Shown one piece after another: positions 1 to 12,715 of a stretch of 42,837 bases of DNA. The DNA is taken from the NCBI GenBank assembly GCA_003972865.1, contig QOAX01000292.1:1-42837 (forward strand). The letters run 5' to 3'. The DNA is from Verrucomicrobiota bacterium (GTDB taxonomy: Bacteria; Verrucomicrobiota; Verrucomicrobiia; Limisphaerales; UBA1096). A model generated the notes under the pieces. That model saw nothing but the letters and a program-made list of their open reading frames with translations. It was not told the DNA's origin and made no database searches. A program made the position numbers and the translations under genes. Every line of letters begins with the position of its first letter. The stretch's first letter is position 1.

Positions 1-66
1 CGCCTGGCCAAGCTCCCGCCGGCCAAGCCAAGCGCCACCGTCTGGGCCGACCGCTCGGCCCTCCCC

Positions 67-909
67 GTGCCCGGCCTCGCCCAGCGTGGCCCAGCGCCGC
101 CCGCGCAGCGGCACCCGCGCTCGATGCAGCTCGACCGCATGCCGCTTGGCCAGGCTGTCGACCTGTTTCTCGACGAGGACAGCCAACTCCCCGCCGCCAT
201 CGCCCGCGAGAAAAACAAAATCGTGCGAGTGATCGGCTGGGTGCGCGATGCGTTCCAAAACGGGGGGCGGCTTTTCTACTGCGGTGCGGGCACTAGCGGC
301 CGCTTGGGCGTGCTCGACGCCAGCGAATGCCCGCCCACTTTCCGTGTCGACCCTGAGCAGGTGCAGGGCATCATCGCCGGTGGCCAACCGGCGTTGTACC
401 GCTCGATCGAGGGCGCCGAGGACGACCCCGACGCCGGTGCCGAGGCGGTGCGTTTTCGCGGTGTCGGAAAGAAGGACGTGTTTATCGGCATCGCCGCCAG
501 CGGCCGGACACCGTTCGTGTGGGGCGGCATCTGGGAGGCCAACCGGCGCGGCGCAAAAACCGCGCTGCTCTGCTTCAACCCCAAGCTGAGAATCCCCCGC
601 GACAACCGGCCGGACGCCGTCATCGAGCCCGACCTAGGCCCCGAGTTGCTCACCGGCTCCACCCGGCTCAAGAGCGGCACCGCCACCAAGCTGATCCTGA
701 ACATGATCACCACGCTGGCGATGGCCAAGAGCGGCAAAGTAATCGGCAACCTGATGATCGACCTCGACCCCAGCAACACCAAGTTGCGCGATCGTGCCGT
801 GCGCATCGTCCGCCAACTCACCCAAGCCAGCGCAGACGCAGCCCGGCGCGCCCTAGAGCAATCCGGCTGGAACGTCAAAAAAGCCGCCGCCTGCCTGGCC
901 AAGCGGTGA
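67..909 (+). CDS. murQ: N-acetylmuramic acid 6-phosphate etherase (SIS domain)
   Basis: 280-aa ORF. GGRLFYCGAGTSGRLGVLDASECPPTF and LTGSTRLKSGTATKLILN match MurQ etherases. The frame stays open to nt 1, so the GTG start at 67 is provisional. Confidence 0.85.
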   Translation: MPGLAQRGPAPPAQRHPRSMQLDRMPLGQAVDLFLDEDSQLPAAIAREKNKIVRVIGWVRDAFQNGGRLFYCGAGTSGRLGVLDASECPPTFRVDPEQVQGIIAGGQPALYRSIEGAEDDPDAGAEAVRFRGVGKKDVFIGIAASGRTPFVWGGIWEANRRGAKTALLCFNPKLRIPRDNRPDAVIEPDLGPELLTGSTRLKSGTATKLILNMITTLAMAKSGKVIGNLMIDLDPSNTKLRDRAVRIVRQLTQASADAARRALEQSGWNVKKAAACLAKR

Positions 910-917
910 CAGCTCAC

Positions 918-2345
918 TCACGCGATCAGGTTGCTGAGCACGTGGGCCTCCTCGACGCCGCTGAGGCGGAAGTCGAGCCCCTGGAACTTGAAGGTGAATT
1001 TTTCGTGATCGACTCCCAGCAAATGCAGCATCGTGGCGTGAAAATCGTGCACGGTGACGACATCCTCGACCGAGTGGTAGCCGAGGTCGTCGGTATTGCC
1101 GTGGCTGATGCCGCCCCTGATGCCGCCGCCGGCCAGCCAGAATGAAAATCCCTTCATGTGATGATCCCTCCCAGAGCCCTGCGCCATCGGGGTGCGGCCG
1201 AACTCGCCGCCCCAGATCACCAGCGTGTCGTCGAGCATGCCGCGATCCTTCAGGTCCCGGATCAACGCCGCCGAAGCCTTGTCAACATGCTTGGCGGTGG
1301 TGAGCACGCCGTTCTTCACGCCGCCGTGGTGATCCCAGCCCCGGTGATAAAGCTGGATGAATCGCGTGCCGCGCTCGGCCAGGCGCCGGGCCAAAAGGCA
1401 GTTGCTCGCGAATGAACCGTCGCCCGGCTTGGCGCCGTACAGGTCGAATACATGCTGCGGCTCGCTCGACGTGTCGATCAACTCCGGCACGCTGGCCTGC
1501 ATGCGGAACGCCATCTCGTACTGGCTGATGCGCGTGTCGATCTCCGGGTCGGCAACGGTCTTGTTCCGCAGTCGGTTGATCGAATTGACCGCGTCGATGA
1601 CCGCCCCCTGCCCTTTTGCATCCACCCCTTTCGGGTTGCTGATGTACAATACCGGATCACCGGTCGAGTGAAAGTGCACCCCCTGGTACCGGCTCGGCAA
1701 AAAGCCGCTGTGCCATTGCCGCGAGGCGATCGGCTGATCCTGCGCCCCGCCCACGGAGGTCAGCACCACGAAACCGGGCAGGTCGCTGCCCTCGCTGCCC
1801 AGCCCGTAAGTGATCCACGAACCCATGCTGGGCCGGCCGGCGACAAGGGCGCCGGTGTTCATGAACGTATGCGCCGGGTCGTGGTTGATCTGCTGCGTGA
1901 TCATCGAGCGGATGATGCAGATCTCATCCGCGATCCCGCCGATATGCGGCAGCGCGCTGGAGATCGACTGGCCGGACTGGCCGAATTCTTTAAACTCATG
2001 CTGGGGGCCAAGGCATTTCAATTCCTTCTTGCCCTGCAACTGGGCGATCGGCTGGCCGTCGGTGATCGACCTGGGCATCGGCTTGCCGTCCATCTCGGCG
2101 AGCTTCGGCTTGTAGTCGAGCGTCTCGAGGTGCGACGGCCCGCCGGCCATGCAGAGATGGATCACCCGCTTGGCCCTAGGCGCGAAGTGCAGCGGGTTGA
2201 TCACGCCAAAAGACAACCGTTTGGCCGGCTTGGCCAAGCCATGCGGGCCAAGCATCGAGGTCAACGCGAGCGAGCCAACGCCTAGCGAGACGTTATTCAA
2301 AAACGAGCGGCGATTCAGCCGGGTGAGGAATTGTTCCGTGTTCAT
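918..2345 (-). CDS. DUF1501 domain protein (Tat-exported, sulfatase/alkaline-phosphatase-like fold)
   Basis: 475 aa. Twin-arginine-type signal NRRSFLNNVSLGVGSLAL. Motifs CMAGGPSHLETLDYKP, GWDHH and WGGEFGRTP are typical of DUF1501. It starts 10 nt after the stop of its upstream partner 2356..5442. Confidence 0.9.
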   Translation of the reverse strand: MNTEQFLTRLNRRSFLNNVSLGVGSLALTSMLGPHGLAKPAKRLSFGVINPLHFAPRAKRVIHLCMAGGPSHLETLDYKPKLAEMDGKPMPRSITDGQPIAQLQGKKELKCLGPQHEFKEFGQSGQSISSALPHIGGIADEICIIRSMITQQINHDPAHTFMNTGALVAGRPSMGSWITYGLGSEGSDLPGFVVLTSVGGAQDQPIASRQWHSGFLPSRYQGVHFHSTGDPVLYISNPKGVDAKGQGAVIDAVNSINRLRNKTVADPEIDTRISQYEMAFRMQASVPELIDTSSEPQHVFDLYGAKPGDGSFASNCLLARRLAERGTRFIQLYHRGWDHHGGVKNGVLTTAKHVDKASAALIRDLKDRGMLDDTLVIWGGEFGRTPMAQGSGRDHHMKGFSFWLAGGGIRGGISHGNTDDLGYHSVEDVVTVHDFHATMLHLLGVDHEKFTFKFQGLDFRLSGVEEAHVLSNLIA

Positions 2346-2355
2346 GTTGCAGAAA

Positions 2356-5442
<3,087 letters not shown>

Positions 5443-5525
5443 ATTCACTGTCAAAACGTAGACGGCAAAATTACCCGCCCCATTCAACTGAGCCAACCCA
5501 AAACCGAGCGCTTGGACAAGCGGAG

Positions 5526-6377
5526 CTACTGCGACTTGTAGAGGCGCTCGAGGACGCTGTATTGGCGGTAGCTCAGGTTGCTGAACGGCACGCCGTCGAT
5601 CTCGATGCGGAACTTGGTCGGCAGCTCCTTGCCAGTCAGCGGCTTGAAGGCCTGTTTCTCGACGTACGGGACATGATAGATGGTGTAGAGCATACAGGCC
5701 AGGCGCGCGTACATCTTGTCGTTGGCGTTGATGACGACCCACGGGCTGATCTCCGATGCCGTGCGCTCGAGCATCTGCGTCTTGTACTTGGTAAACAACT
5801 CCCACTTGGCCCGGGCCTTCTCGTCGTTCTTCGTGTATTTCCAGTACTTGAGCGGGTGGATGATGCGCTCCTTGAACCGGAACAACTGTGTGTCACGACC
5901 GACCGACAGGTACAACTTGATGAGGATCAGCCCGTCGGCGATGAGTTGCTCCTCCCACGGCAGGACGCGCTTCATGAAGTAGCGGTACTGCCGCTCGGTG
6001 CAGTAGCCCATGGTCGGTTCGATGAGCGCGCGGTTATACCAGGAGCGGTCGAAGAAAACGATCTCACCCTTTTTGGGCATATGTTTCTCGTAGCGGCGAA
6101 ACCAGTTGCGCGACTCGTTCTTTGTCGGCACGCCGAGTTCCACCACGCACAGGTATTTCGGCATCAGATACTCGACGAAGCGCTTGATCGTGCCGCCCTT
6201 GCCCGCCGCATCGCGGCCCTCGACGGTGATGGCGATGCGTTTCTTGTTCTCAACCGCCCAGCGCTGGAGGTTTAGCAACTCCGCCTGCAACCGGCGCTTC
6301 TCCGCGTCGTACACGGCTCGGTCCAGATTCTTGTAAACCGAGTAAAACTTCTTTTTGATGTAATGCGCCCTGGCCAT
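5526..6377 (-). CDS. ppk2: polyphosphate kinase 2 family protein
   Basis: 283 aa. Walker-A-like GRDAAGKGGTIKRF plus FFDRSWYNR, characteristic of PPK2. Starts 5 nt after the stop of the upstream transporter gene. Confidence 0.9.
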   Translation of the reverse strand: MARAHYIKKKFYSVYKNLDRAVYDAEKRRLQAELLNLQRWAVENKKRIAITVEGRDAAGKGGTIKRFVEYLMPKYLCVVELGVPTKNESRNWFRRYEKHMPKKGEIVFFDRSWYNRALIEPTMGYCTERQYRYFMKRVLPWEEQLIADGLILIKLYLSVGRDTQLFRFKERIIHPLKYWKYTKNDEKARAKWELFTKYKTQMLERTASEISPWVVINANDKMYARLACMLYTIYHVPYVEKQAFKPLTGKELPTKFRIEIDGVPFSNLSYRQYSVLERLYKSQ

Positions 6378-6382
6378 GCCGG

Positions 6383-8200
6383 TTAATCAATTTTCAGCGA
6401 CCGATAGTATCCCTTCTCCCAAACCAAGCCGGCCAGCGACTTGGTCTCTGGTCTCGTGAAGAACGACACCGACACCCCCACCACAACACAGATGGTCAGG
6501 CCGTAACAGGCCCGCATGAACTTGTACTGCTTCACGCCGGCGAAAAGCCCGTCGCCGGCTTCGCCCATCGGCACGCCATGCGCGAATGGCGTAATGAGCT
6601 CCGGCACGAAAAACGACACGCCAATCGCGAGCAACCCGACCACCAGTGTCGCCAGGGCGGCTGGAGCGGTGAATCGTTTCCAGAACACGCTCAGCACAAA
6701 CGTCACCACCAGCGGCGGCGTCACCGCTGCGGTGAACGCACCGTGCGCGTCGTAGATCGAGTCGAAATTCATGAACACCGGCACCATGGCGATGCCCACC
6801 AGCGTCGCGCCGATCGCCGTCAACCGGGCCACCATGAGGGCCTGGCCGTCGGACATGTCCTTTTTGATATATTGCTTGTGCACATCGTTCACCCACACGG
6901 CGGAAATCGCGGTGATGAGCGTGTCCACCGTCGACATCAGCGCGGCGATCATTGCCGCCAAAATCAGCCCGAAGATGCCCGGCTGGCTGATGAGTTGTGT
7001 GGCGGCATAAAACGAATCATCCGCCGCCATGTTGCCGGGCAGATCGCCGTGATTGGCCAGGGCCTTGGCCAGCCAGCCCGCGCCGCCGACCACGCAGGCG
7101 GCCAGGGGCATCAGCACAACCAGGTGCGTGATCACCGCCTTTTTGCAGTCGGCATAGGATCGCGCCGCCATGTAGCGCATGATCGTCCCCTGATGCAGGA
7201 AGCCGAACATGATCGAGTTGGCCAGGCCGTCCTGCCAGAAAATGCCGACGCTCGGGAAGTCGGGGTCGCTGTTGAAATTGTGAAACACCTTCCGCGAATC
7301 ACCGGGCAGGTTGGCCCAAAACACATCGAAACCGCCGAGGTAGGCGAAGCCCAGCCCGAGGATCAGCCCGCCGGTGACGAGCAGCATCACGCCCTGGAAC
7401 AGGTCGGTCATGATCACGCTCGCCTGACCACCGCTGGACACGTATGACACGGACAACATTGCCACCAGCACCGCTCCCCAGAATATCTCCCACCCCAGCA
7501 GATGGTGCAGCACCTTGCCCATCGTGAACAGGTTCACGCCGACGTAGCCGACCATGTACACCAGCAGGCAAACCGTCGCCCAAAAGCGGACTTTCGAGTT
7601 GAAACGCCTGCCGAAGTACTCGGGAATCGACGTGACGCGGGAGAAATAAAGGATCGGCAGCCAGCAAAACAACAGCAGCGGAAAATAAATCCAGTCGTTG
7701 CTGTACGTCTGCGTGCTCGAGAGTCCGTACTGGTAACCTTTGCTCGAGTATTTCAGGAAGCTGTACGACCCGATGGTGGTGGCGATCATGCTGAACGCAA
7801 TCAACCACCAAGCGAACCGCCGGCCGCCGAAGAAAAAATCCTCGGTCGATTTCATCTTGCGACCGAAGAACATGCCAAGCGCCACGATGGCCACGAAGTA
7901 ACCGATCATGATCACGTAATCGATCGTCGCGCCTCGGTATCCCTTGTTCTCAACCGCAGTGATCGCCGCCTCACTGGCTTCCGTCGGCTTGTACATGGAC
8001 GGCTCCGCGGCGGGCATGCCGGGCGCCTTGTATTGGAGGAATGCCTGCAGAATGAAGTAAAACCCGAACACTCCCAGCGTGAGGCACAGGTTGCGCCGAC
8101 CCTTCCCGCTCAAGCCCAGGCTGCCCTGCCGCCAGGCCAGCACGAGGCCGAACACAAAGATCAGCCCGCCGCAGACGAAGTTGTAGATGAACGGATCCAT
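6383..8200 (-). CDS. sodium:solute symporter (SSS/SLC5) family transporter
   Basis: 605 aa and very hydrophobic with many predicted helices. SSS-like stretches FFFGGRRFAWWLIAFSMIATTIGS and GGQASVIMTDLFQG. About 90 aa of N-terminal extension carries two extra hydrophobic segments. Confidence 0.85.
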   Translation of the reverse strand: MDPFIYNFVCGGLIFVFGLVLAWRQGSLGLSGKGRRNLCLTLGVFGFYFILQAFLQYKAPGMPAAEPSMYKPTEASEAAITAVENKGYRGATIDYVIMIGYFVAIVALGMFFGRKMKSTEDFFFGGRRFAWWLIAFSMIATTIGSYSFLKYSSKGYQYGLSSTQTYSNDWIYFPLLLFCWLPILYFSRVTSIPEYFGRRFNSKVRFWATVCLLVYMVGYVGVNLFTMGKVLHHLLGWEIFWGAVLVAMLSVSYVSSGGQASVIMTDLFQGVMLLVTGGLILGLGFAYLGGFDVFWANLPGDSRKVFHNFNSDPDFPSVGIFWQDGLANSIMFGFLHQGTIMRYMAARSYADCKKAVITHLVVLMPLAACVVGGAGWLAKALANHGDLPGNMAADDSFYAATQLISQPGIFGLILAAMIAALMSTVDTLITAISAVWVNDVHKQYIKKDMSDGQALMVARLTAIGATLVGIAMVPVFMNFDSIYDAHGAFTAAVTPPLVVTFVLSVFWKRFTAPAALATLVVGLLAIGVSFFVPELITPFAHGVPMGEAGDGLFAGVKQYKFMRACYGLTICVVVGVSVSFFTRPETKSLAGLVWEKGYYRSLKID

Positions 8201-8230
8201 GCGCTTGGTTTGTGGGGTCGTTGCTCCCGG

Positions 8231-8539
8231 CTATTCCAAGTCCCCAAAATCATACACGACCACCCGGTCGCAGACTTGCTTGAACACCTTCTCGACGAAC
8301 TCGACGTGTTGCGGATGCGCCTGGTACTCATCCTGCACGATCTTGTTTTTGAACGTGATGTTCAACGCGACCTGATAACTTTGATCCACCACCGGCCGGT
8401 CACTCGGGGCGCATCGACCCACGTGCATCGAGATCACGCCGGGGATGTCCGGCAAATAGTGGTTCAAGCCGTCAACCAAACGCTTCTCGGCATCCTCCAC
8501 GGCCGGTTTGATCCAGAAAATAACTATGTGCGAAAACAT
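8231..8539 (-). CDS. Dabb (stress-responsive alpha/beta barrel) domain protein
   Basis: Start moved to ATG 8539 (MFSHIVIFWIKP...), about 102 aa. N-terminal HIVxF strand and HPQHVEFV motif fit Dabb domains. 30 nt upstream of the transporter start. Confidence 0.8.
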   Translation of the reverse strand: MFSHIVIFWIKPAVEDAEKRLVDGLNHYLPDIPGVISMHVGRCAPSDRPVVDQSYQVALNITFKNKIVQDEYQAHPQHVEFVEKVFKQVCDRVVVYDFGDLE

Positions 8540-8637
8540 CGCGGCCAGTGAATCCGATGCCCCAAGCGAAAGCAAATCCCATTTGCCGTGCAACGCCGGT
8601 TTTGACTTTTGCGGCTGATTACCGTAGTTCGTACCGC

Positions 8638-9942
8638 GTGAAACGCACTCTCTTTTTACTCACCACCGGATTGCTGTTTGCAGCTTGCACCTTCGCCGCC
8701 AAGCCGCCGAACGTCGTGCTCATCATCTCCGACGACCAGTCGTGGACCGACTACGGCTTCATGGAGCACGAGGCCATCGAGACGCCGAACATCGATCGCT
8801 TGGCCAGGCAGAGTCGCCTGTTCAAGCGCGGCTACGTGCCGACGAGCCTTTGCTGCCCGTCGCTCGCCACGCTGATCACCGGGCTGTACCCGCACCAAAA
8901 CGGCATCACCGGTAACGAGCCACCGATCCCGTCCGGTGGCAAAAACACCGATCAATACCGAAGCCAAGTGCAGGAGTGCGTCGGCTTCATCGACACCGTG
9001 CCGACGCTGCCAAGGCTCTTGGCCAAGCGCGGCTACGTCAGCCATCAGTCCGGCAAATGGTGGCAGGGCCACTACTCGCGAGGCGGCTTCACCCACGGCA
9101 TGACCCACGGCGATCCTAAGCGCCGGGGCCGCCACGGCGACGAAGGATTGAAAATCGGCCGCGAAGGGTTGCAGCCGATCTTTGACTTCATCGACGACGC
9201 CGGCGACAAGCCGTTCTTCGTCTGGTACGCGCCGTTCCTCCCCCACAACCCGCACAACCCACCCAAGCGCCTGCTCGACAAGTACACAAAAAAAACCGAG
9301 TCCATCTTCATCGCACGCTACTGGGCCATGTGCGAGTGGTTCGACGAAACCTGCGGCCAACTGCTCAACCATCTCGACGAGAAAAAACTGGCCAGGGACA
9401 CCCTCGTTATTTACGTCACCGACAACGGCTGGATACAGCGCGCCGACAACGGCCGCTACGCCCCCCGCTCCAAGCGCTCCCCATACGACGGCGGCATCCG
9501 CACGCCGATCATGATCCGCTGGCCCGGCAAAGTGCAGCCGGGGGAACGGCCCGAGTTGGCCAACAGCATCGACCTCGCCCCGACCATCCTCAAGGCGTGC
9601 GGCCTCGAGCCGACCGGCGCCATGCAGGGCATCGACCTGCTCGACGACACGGCCATGGCCAAGCGCAAATCCACCCACGGCGCCTGCTACCTCCATAACG
9701 CCGTCGACATCCACAAACCAAGCGCCAACCTCACCCACCGCTGGCTCATCAACGGCAACTGGAAACTCATCCTCCCGTACAAAGCCAACCTCACCACCCG
9801 GGACAAAGCAAAAGGCGCCGGCGAAACCGAGTTATACAACCTGGCCAAAGACCCATTCGAACGCCGAAACTTGGCTAAATCCAAAGCCAGCCGCGTCAAA
9901 CGCCTGACCAAACAACTCAACGCCCTTCTGCCAGAGAGTTAG
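8638..9942 (+). CDS. sulfatase family protein (non-canonical CCPSL active-site motif)
   Basis: Signal peptide (V)KRTLFLLTTGLLFAACTFA, then PNVVLIISDDQSWTDYG, SLCCPSLATLITG and VTDNGW, all typical of arylsulfatase-type enzymes. Start set at GTG 8638; the ORF track gives ATG 8548. Confidence 0.85.
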   Translation: MKRTLFLLTTGLLFAACTFAAKPPNVVLIISDDQSWTDYGFMEHEAIETPNIDRLARQSRLFKRGYVPTSLCCPSLATLITGLYPHQNGITGNEPPIPSGGKNTDQYRSQVQECVGFIDTVPTLPRLLAKRGYVSHQSGKWWQGHYSRGGFTHGMTHGDPKRRGRHGDEGLKIGREGLQPIFDFIDDAGDKPFFVWYAPFLPHNPHNPPKRLLDKYTKKTESIFIARYWAMCEWFDETCGQLLNHLDEKKLARDTLVIYVTDNGWIQRADNGRYAPRSKRSPYDGGIRTPIMIRWPGKVQPGERPELANSIDLAPTILKACGLEPTGAMQGIDLLDDTAMAKRKSTHGACYLHNAVDIHKPSANLTHRWLINGNWKLILPYKANLTTRDKAKGAGETELYNLAKDPFERRNLAKSKASRVKRLTKQLNALLPES

Positions 9943-9966
9943 TTGAGGCGTTTTTGAGATAAAAAA

Positions 9967-9989
9967 AGCACAACCCTATGGGTTGTGCT
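9967..9989 (-). terminator. intrinsic terminator hairpin between convergent genes
   Basis: Perfect 10-bp stem agcacaaccc / gggttgtgct with a 3-nt loop. On the minus-sense RNA it is followed by seven U (plus-strand aaaaaaa at 9961..9967, whose last A is also the first stem base). It lies 21 nt downstream of the isomerase stop (10011). The plus-sense direction has no U-tract. Confidence 0.8.
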
Positions 9990-10010
9990 TAACGAAAAGC
10001 CTAGTGGTAG

Positions 10011-11015
10011 TTACGCTTGTTTTTCCTTATCGAATTGTTCGTCAAAAACGATGTCCGATGATGGGAAATCTACGCGCTTGCAGAATTCAGCTGATTCTTT
10101 TGCACCATGTTCTCGATCCATGCCCCCGTCTTCCCATTCCACAGACAATGGACCAGTATAGCCAATGTCATTAAGGGCACGTATGATGAGCTCAAAGTTA
10201 ACCTTCCCCCGTCCCACTGACTTAAAGTCCCAATACCTGTTGGGCTTGTGAAAGTCGGTATGCCCACCAAAGACTCCAGCGTCACAGAGATGATCATGCC
10301 AAAAAGCGTCCTTCATATGGACATGGTTAATGCGATCAGCAAACTTGTAGATAAACTGCACATAATCAACGCCCTGATAACCCAAATGGCTGGGGTCGTA
10401 GTTGAACCCGAAGGCCGGATGGTGATCAATCGCTTCCAGAGCACGTTCTGCGGAGGCAATGTCAAAGGCGATTTCCGTGGGATGAACCTCCAAACCATAC
10501 TTGATGCCGTTCTCCTGGAACACATCCATGATCGGCCCCCAGCGATCAGCAAAGTCCTTGAACCCAGCATCAATTTGACCGGGTAGATTTGGTGGAAAAC
10601 TGTAAACCAAGTGCCATATTGAACTCCCAGTAAACCCGTTTACGACACTGACGCCAAGTTCCTTGGCAGCGGTGGCAGTTTTTTTGACTTCTTCAGCCGC
10701 ACGTTGACGGACTGACTCGGGATCACCATCACCGTAAATGTAATCAGGCAGAATCTGCTTGTGGCGTTCGTCAATATTATCGCACACAGCCTGCCCCACC
10801 AAGTGAGTGGAAACCGCGAAACACTTCATGCCATAATTTTCAAGCAGATCACGCTTGGCCTTGCAGTAATTCGCGTCGGCTTTATCCACTTCAAAGTGAT
10901 CGCCCCAACAGGCCAACTCGACTCCATCGTACCCGAAATCCTTGGCCTTCTTAATCATCGTTTCCAGTGGCAAATCTGCCCACTGGCCAGTAAAAAGAGT
11001 AACTGCTCGTGACAT
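10011..11015 (-). CDS. sugar phosphate isomerase/epimerase (xylose isomerase-like TIM barrel)
   Basis: Start moved to ATG 11015 ([18 protein letters not shown]...). Motifs [33 protein letters not shown] and [10 protein letters not shown] fit the AP-endonuclease-2/xylose-isomerase-like TIM family. Visibly lower GC than its neighbours. Confidence 0.85.
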   Translation of the reverse strand: MSRAVTLFTGQWADLPLETMIKKAKDFGYDGVELACWGDHFEVDKADANYCKAKRDLLENYGMKCFAVSTHLVGQAVCDNIDERHKQILPDYIYGDGDPESVRQRAAEEVKKTATAAKELGVSVVNGFTGSSIWHLVYSFPPNLPGQIDAGFKDFADRWGPIMDVFQENGIKYGLEVHPTEIAFDIASAERALEAIDHHPAFGFNYDPSHLGYQGVDYVQFIYKFADRINHVHMKDAFWHDHLCDAGVFGGHTDFHKPNRYWDFKSVGRGKVNFELIIRALNDIGYTGPLSVEWEDGGMDREHGAKESAEFCKRVDFPSSDIVFDEQFDKEKQA

Positions 11016-11112
11016 AATGCTGTTAAAATTCAAAAAATTGCGTGAGCGATTCTTACAAGGGGTTTGCCTGAGGATCAAGTATCAATTCTATCCCGTCTAA
11101 TTTTACCAATAA

Positions 11113-11712
11113 TTACGCCTTCAACTCATCCACTTCCATGAAGGCGTAGCAGAGCATGTGGGCGATGCCCATCTGGCAGTCCTCGGCCCGGCCGTAGTGT
11201 GTGTCGTCGATCACGATCGCCTCCTTGGCCAAGTCGGCCAGGTTGCCGCGCTTGCCGCCGACCAACGCGATGGTGTGCAGGCCGTTGGCGTTTGCCCACT
11301 CGAATGCCTTCACGAGATTCGGCGAACTGCCACTCACGCTCATCGTCAACACGATGTCCCCGGCTTGGCCGTAGTTCTCGAGTTGGCGCTGGTAGATATC
11401 CTCATAGGAGTAGTCGTTGCCGATGGCGGTCATCCAGCTGACGTTGTCGTTGAGCGACAAAACCTTGAAGCGTTTGCCCAGCGCGTCGGACGAGCCCTTG
11501 CCCAGGTCGGTGGCGAAGTGCGACGCATTGGAGGCGCTGCCGCCGTTGCCAAACAGAAAAATCTGCCGACCCGACTCGTGGGCTTCCTTGAATTTGAGGA
11601 TGATCGACTCGACCTGTTCGATCGGGATGGAATCGAGCGCCGCCTTTTCGGCTTCAATGTAGTTTGCGATCCATTCGCGCATGGGCCGAGCGTCACAGAA
11701 CCCATTAGACAT
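11113..11712 (-). CDS. SIS domain protein, GmhA-like sugar-phosphate isomerase
   Basis: 199 aa. FLFGNGGSASNASHFATDLGK, GNDYSYEDIYQRQLE and MSVSGSSPNLVKAFEWA align in pattern with phosphoheptose isomerase (GmhA/DiaA-type SIS). Overlaps the upstream ROK gene by 8 nt. Confidence 0.8.
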   Translation of the reverse strand: MSNGFCDARPMREWIANYIEAEKAALDSIPIEQVESIILKFKEAHESGRQIFLFGNGGSASNASHFATDLGKGSSDALGKRFKVLSLNDNVSWMTAIGNDYSYEDIYQRQLENYGQAGDIVLTMSVSGSSPNLVKAFEWANANGLHTIALVGGKRGNLADLAKEAIVIDDTHYGRAEDCQMGIAHMLCYAFMEVDELKA

Positions 11713-12622
11713 TTAAAGCCAAAATCAGCGCGCCAACCGGCACGGCGTCCTCGCCGAGCTTGGCCAAGCGCACGCTTGGCCTCGGTTTGATGACATCCAT
11801 TATCGAACGACCAAGCGCGGCCTCCACGCCCAAGCGCAGCGGATCGCCGATCTGCGACAACCCGCCGCCAAGGATGATTGTCGCCGGGTTGATCAGATGC
11901 ACGACGTGCGAAAAACCAAGCGCGAGGTCGCCGCACGCCTCGTCAAAAATCGCCTTGGCCCCGGCGTCGCCGTCGGCCATCGCCTTGGCCAAGTGCCTTG
12001 CCTCGCCGCCCTCACCATCGAGCCGCTTGGCCAAGGGCGAGTCGGGATTGGCGGCGGCGTACACGCGGAGCCGTCGATCCACCGCCCAGCCGGAGCAGCG
12101 CGACTCGAGCGTGTCACCCGCTGTGTTGAGCCGCACGTGGCCGATCTCCGCCTCGGTCGGCAACGCGCCGTGATAAATCAAACCGTCGATGACCAAGCCG
12201 CCGCCAATGCCGCTGCCAAGCGTGACATAAAACACCGGGCTTTGCCCCTGCCCCGCCCCGACGATCGCCTCGCCCAGCGCGGCGGTGTTGCCGTCGTTGT
12301 CGATGGCCACCGGCGCGCCGGCGGCCTGTTCGCTGAGCCAGGTGTGGAGCGGGAAATCGTCCCAGCCAGCGACTTGGTGCGAGCAGCAGGCCCGGCCGGT
12401 TTCGCGATCGAACGGCCCGCCGAAGCCGACACCGATGGCGGCAATTTGCTGGCGTTTGGCGATGTTGACCAAGGCACCGGCGATTTGCTGGCGGATGCCT
12501 TCCGCGCCCCTCGCCGGGTCGGCTACAAAGCGCTGCCGCCCGATAATCGACGCTTTGCCGTCGCCGGTGACCACTTGAATCTTCGTGCCTCCAATCTCGA
12601 TGCCAACAAAAACAGACTCCAT
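11705..12622 (-). CDS. ROK family sugar kinase
   Basis: Start moved to ATG 12622 (MESVFVGIEIGGTKIQVV, the ROK/glucokinase ATP-binding N-terminus). Gly-rich central motifs TLGSGIGGG. The longer ORF start (12730) would overlap the divergent DUF3500 gene. Confidence 0.85.
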   Translation of the reverse strand: MESVFVGIEIGGTKIQVVTGDGKASIIGRQRFVADPARGAEGIRQQIAGALVNIAKRQQIAAIGVGFGGPFDRETGRACCSHQVAGWDDFPLHTWLSEQAAGAPVAIDNDGNTAALGEAIVGAGQGQSPVFYVTLGSGIGGGLVIDGLIYHGALPTEAEIGHVRLNTAGDTLESRCSGWAVDRRLRVYAAANPDSPLAKRLDGEGGEARHLAKAMADGDAGAKAIFDEACGDLALGFSHVVHLINPATIILGGGLSQIGDPLRLGVEAALGRSIMDVIKPRPSVRLAKLGEDAVPVGALILALNV

Positions 12623-12715
12623 GAAACCAACCGCTTTATTGCCCGAGCCGCCGACAAAGTCGAGTGGGGCATTTTGGGATTGCCATTTACTGCTGATTGG
12701 CTTCGACTTCGGCGT

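Noticed and set aside
11897-12715. N-terminal 273 codons of ORF 11897..13762 (+).
   Set aside because: This part is antisense to the ROK kinase gene and has no protein-like features. A signal peptide and all DUF3500 motifs start at ATG 12716, so only 12716..13762 is called.
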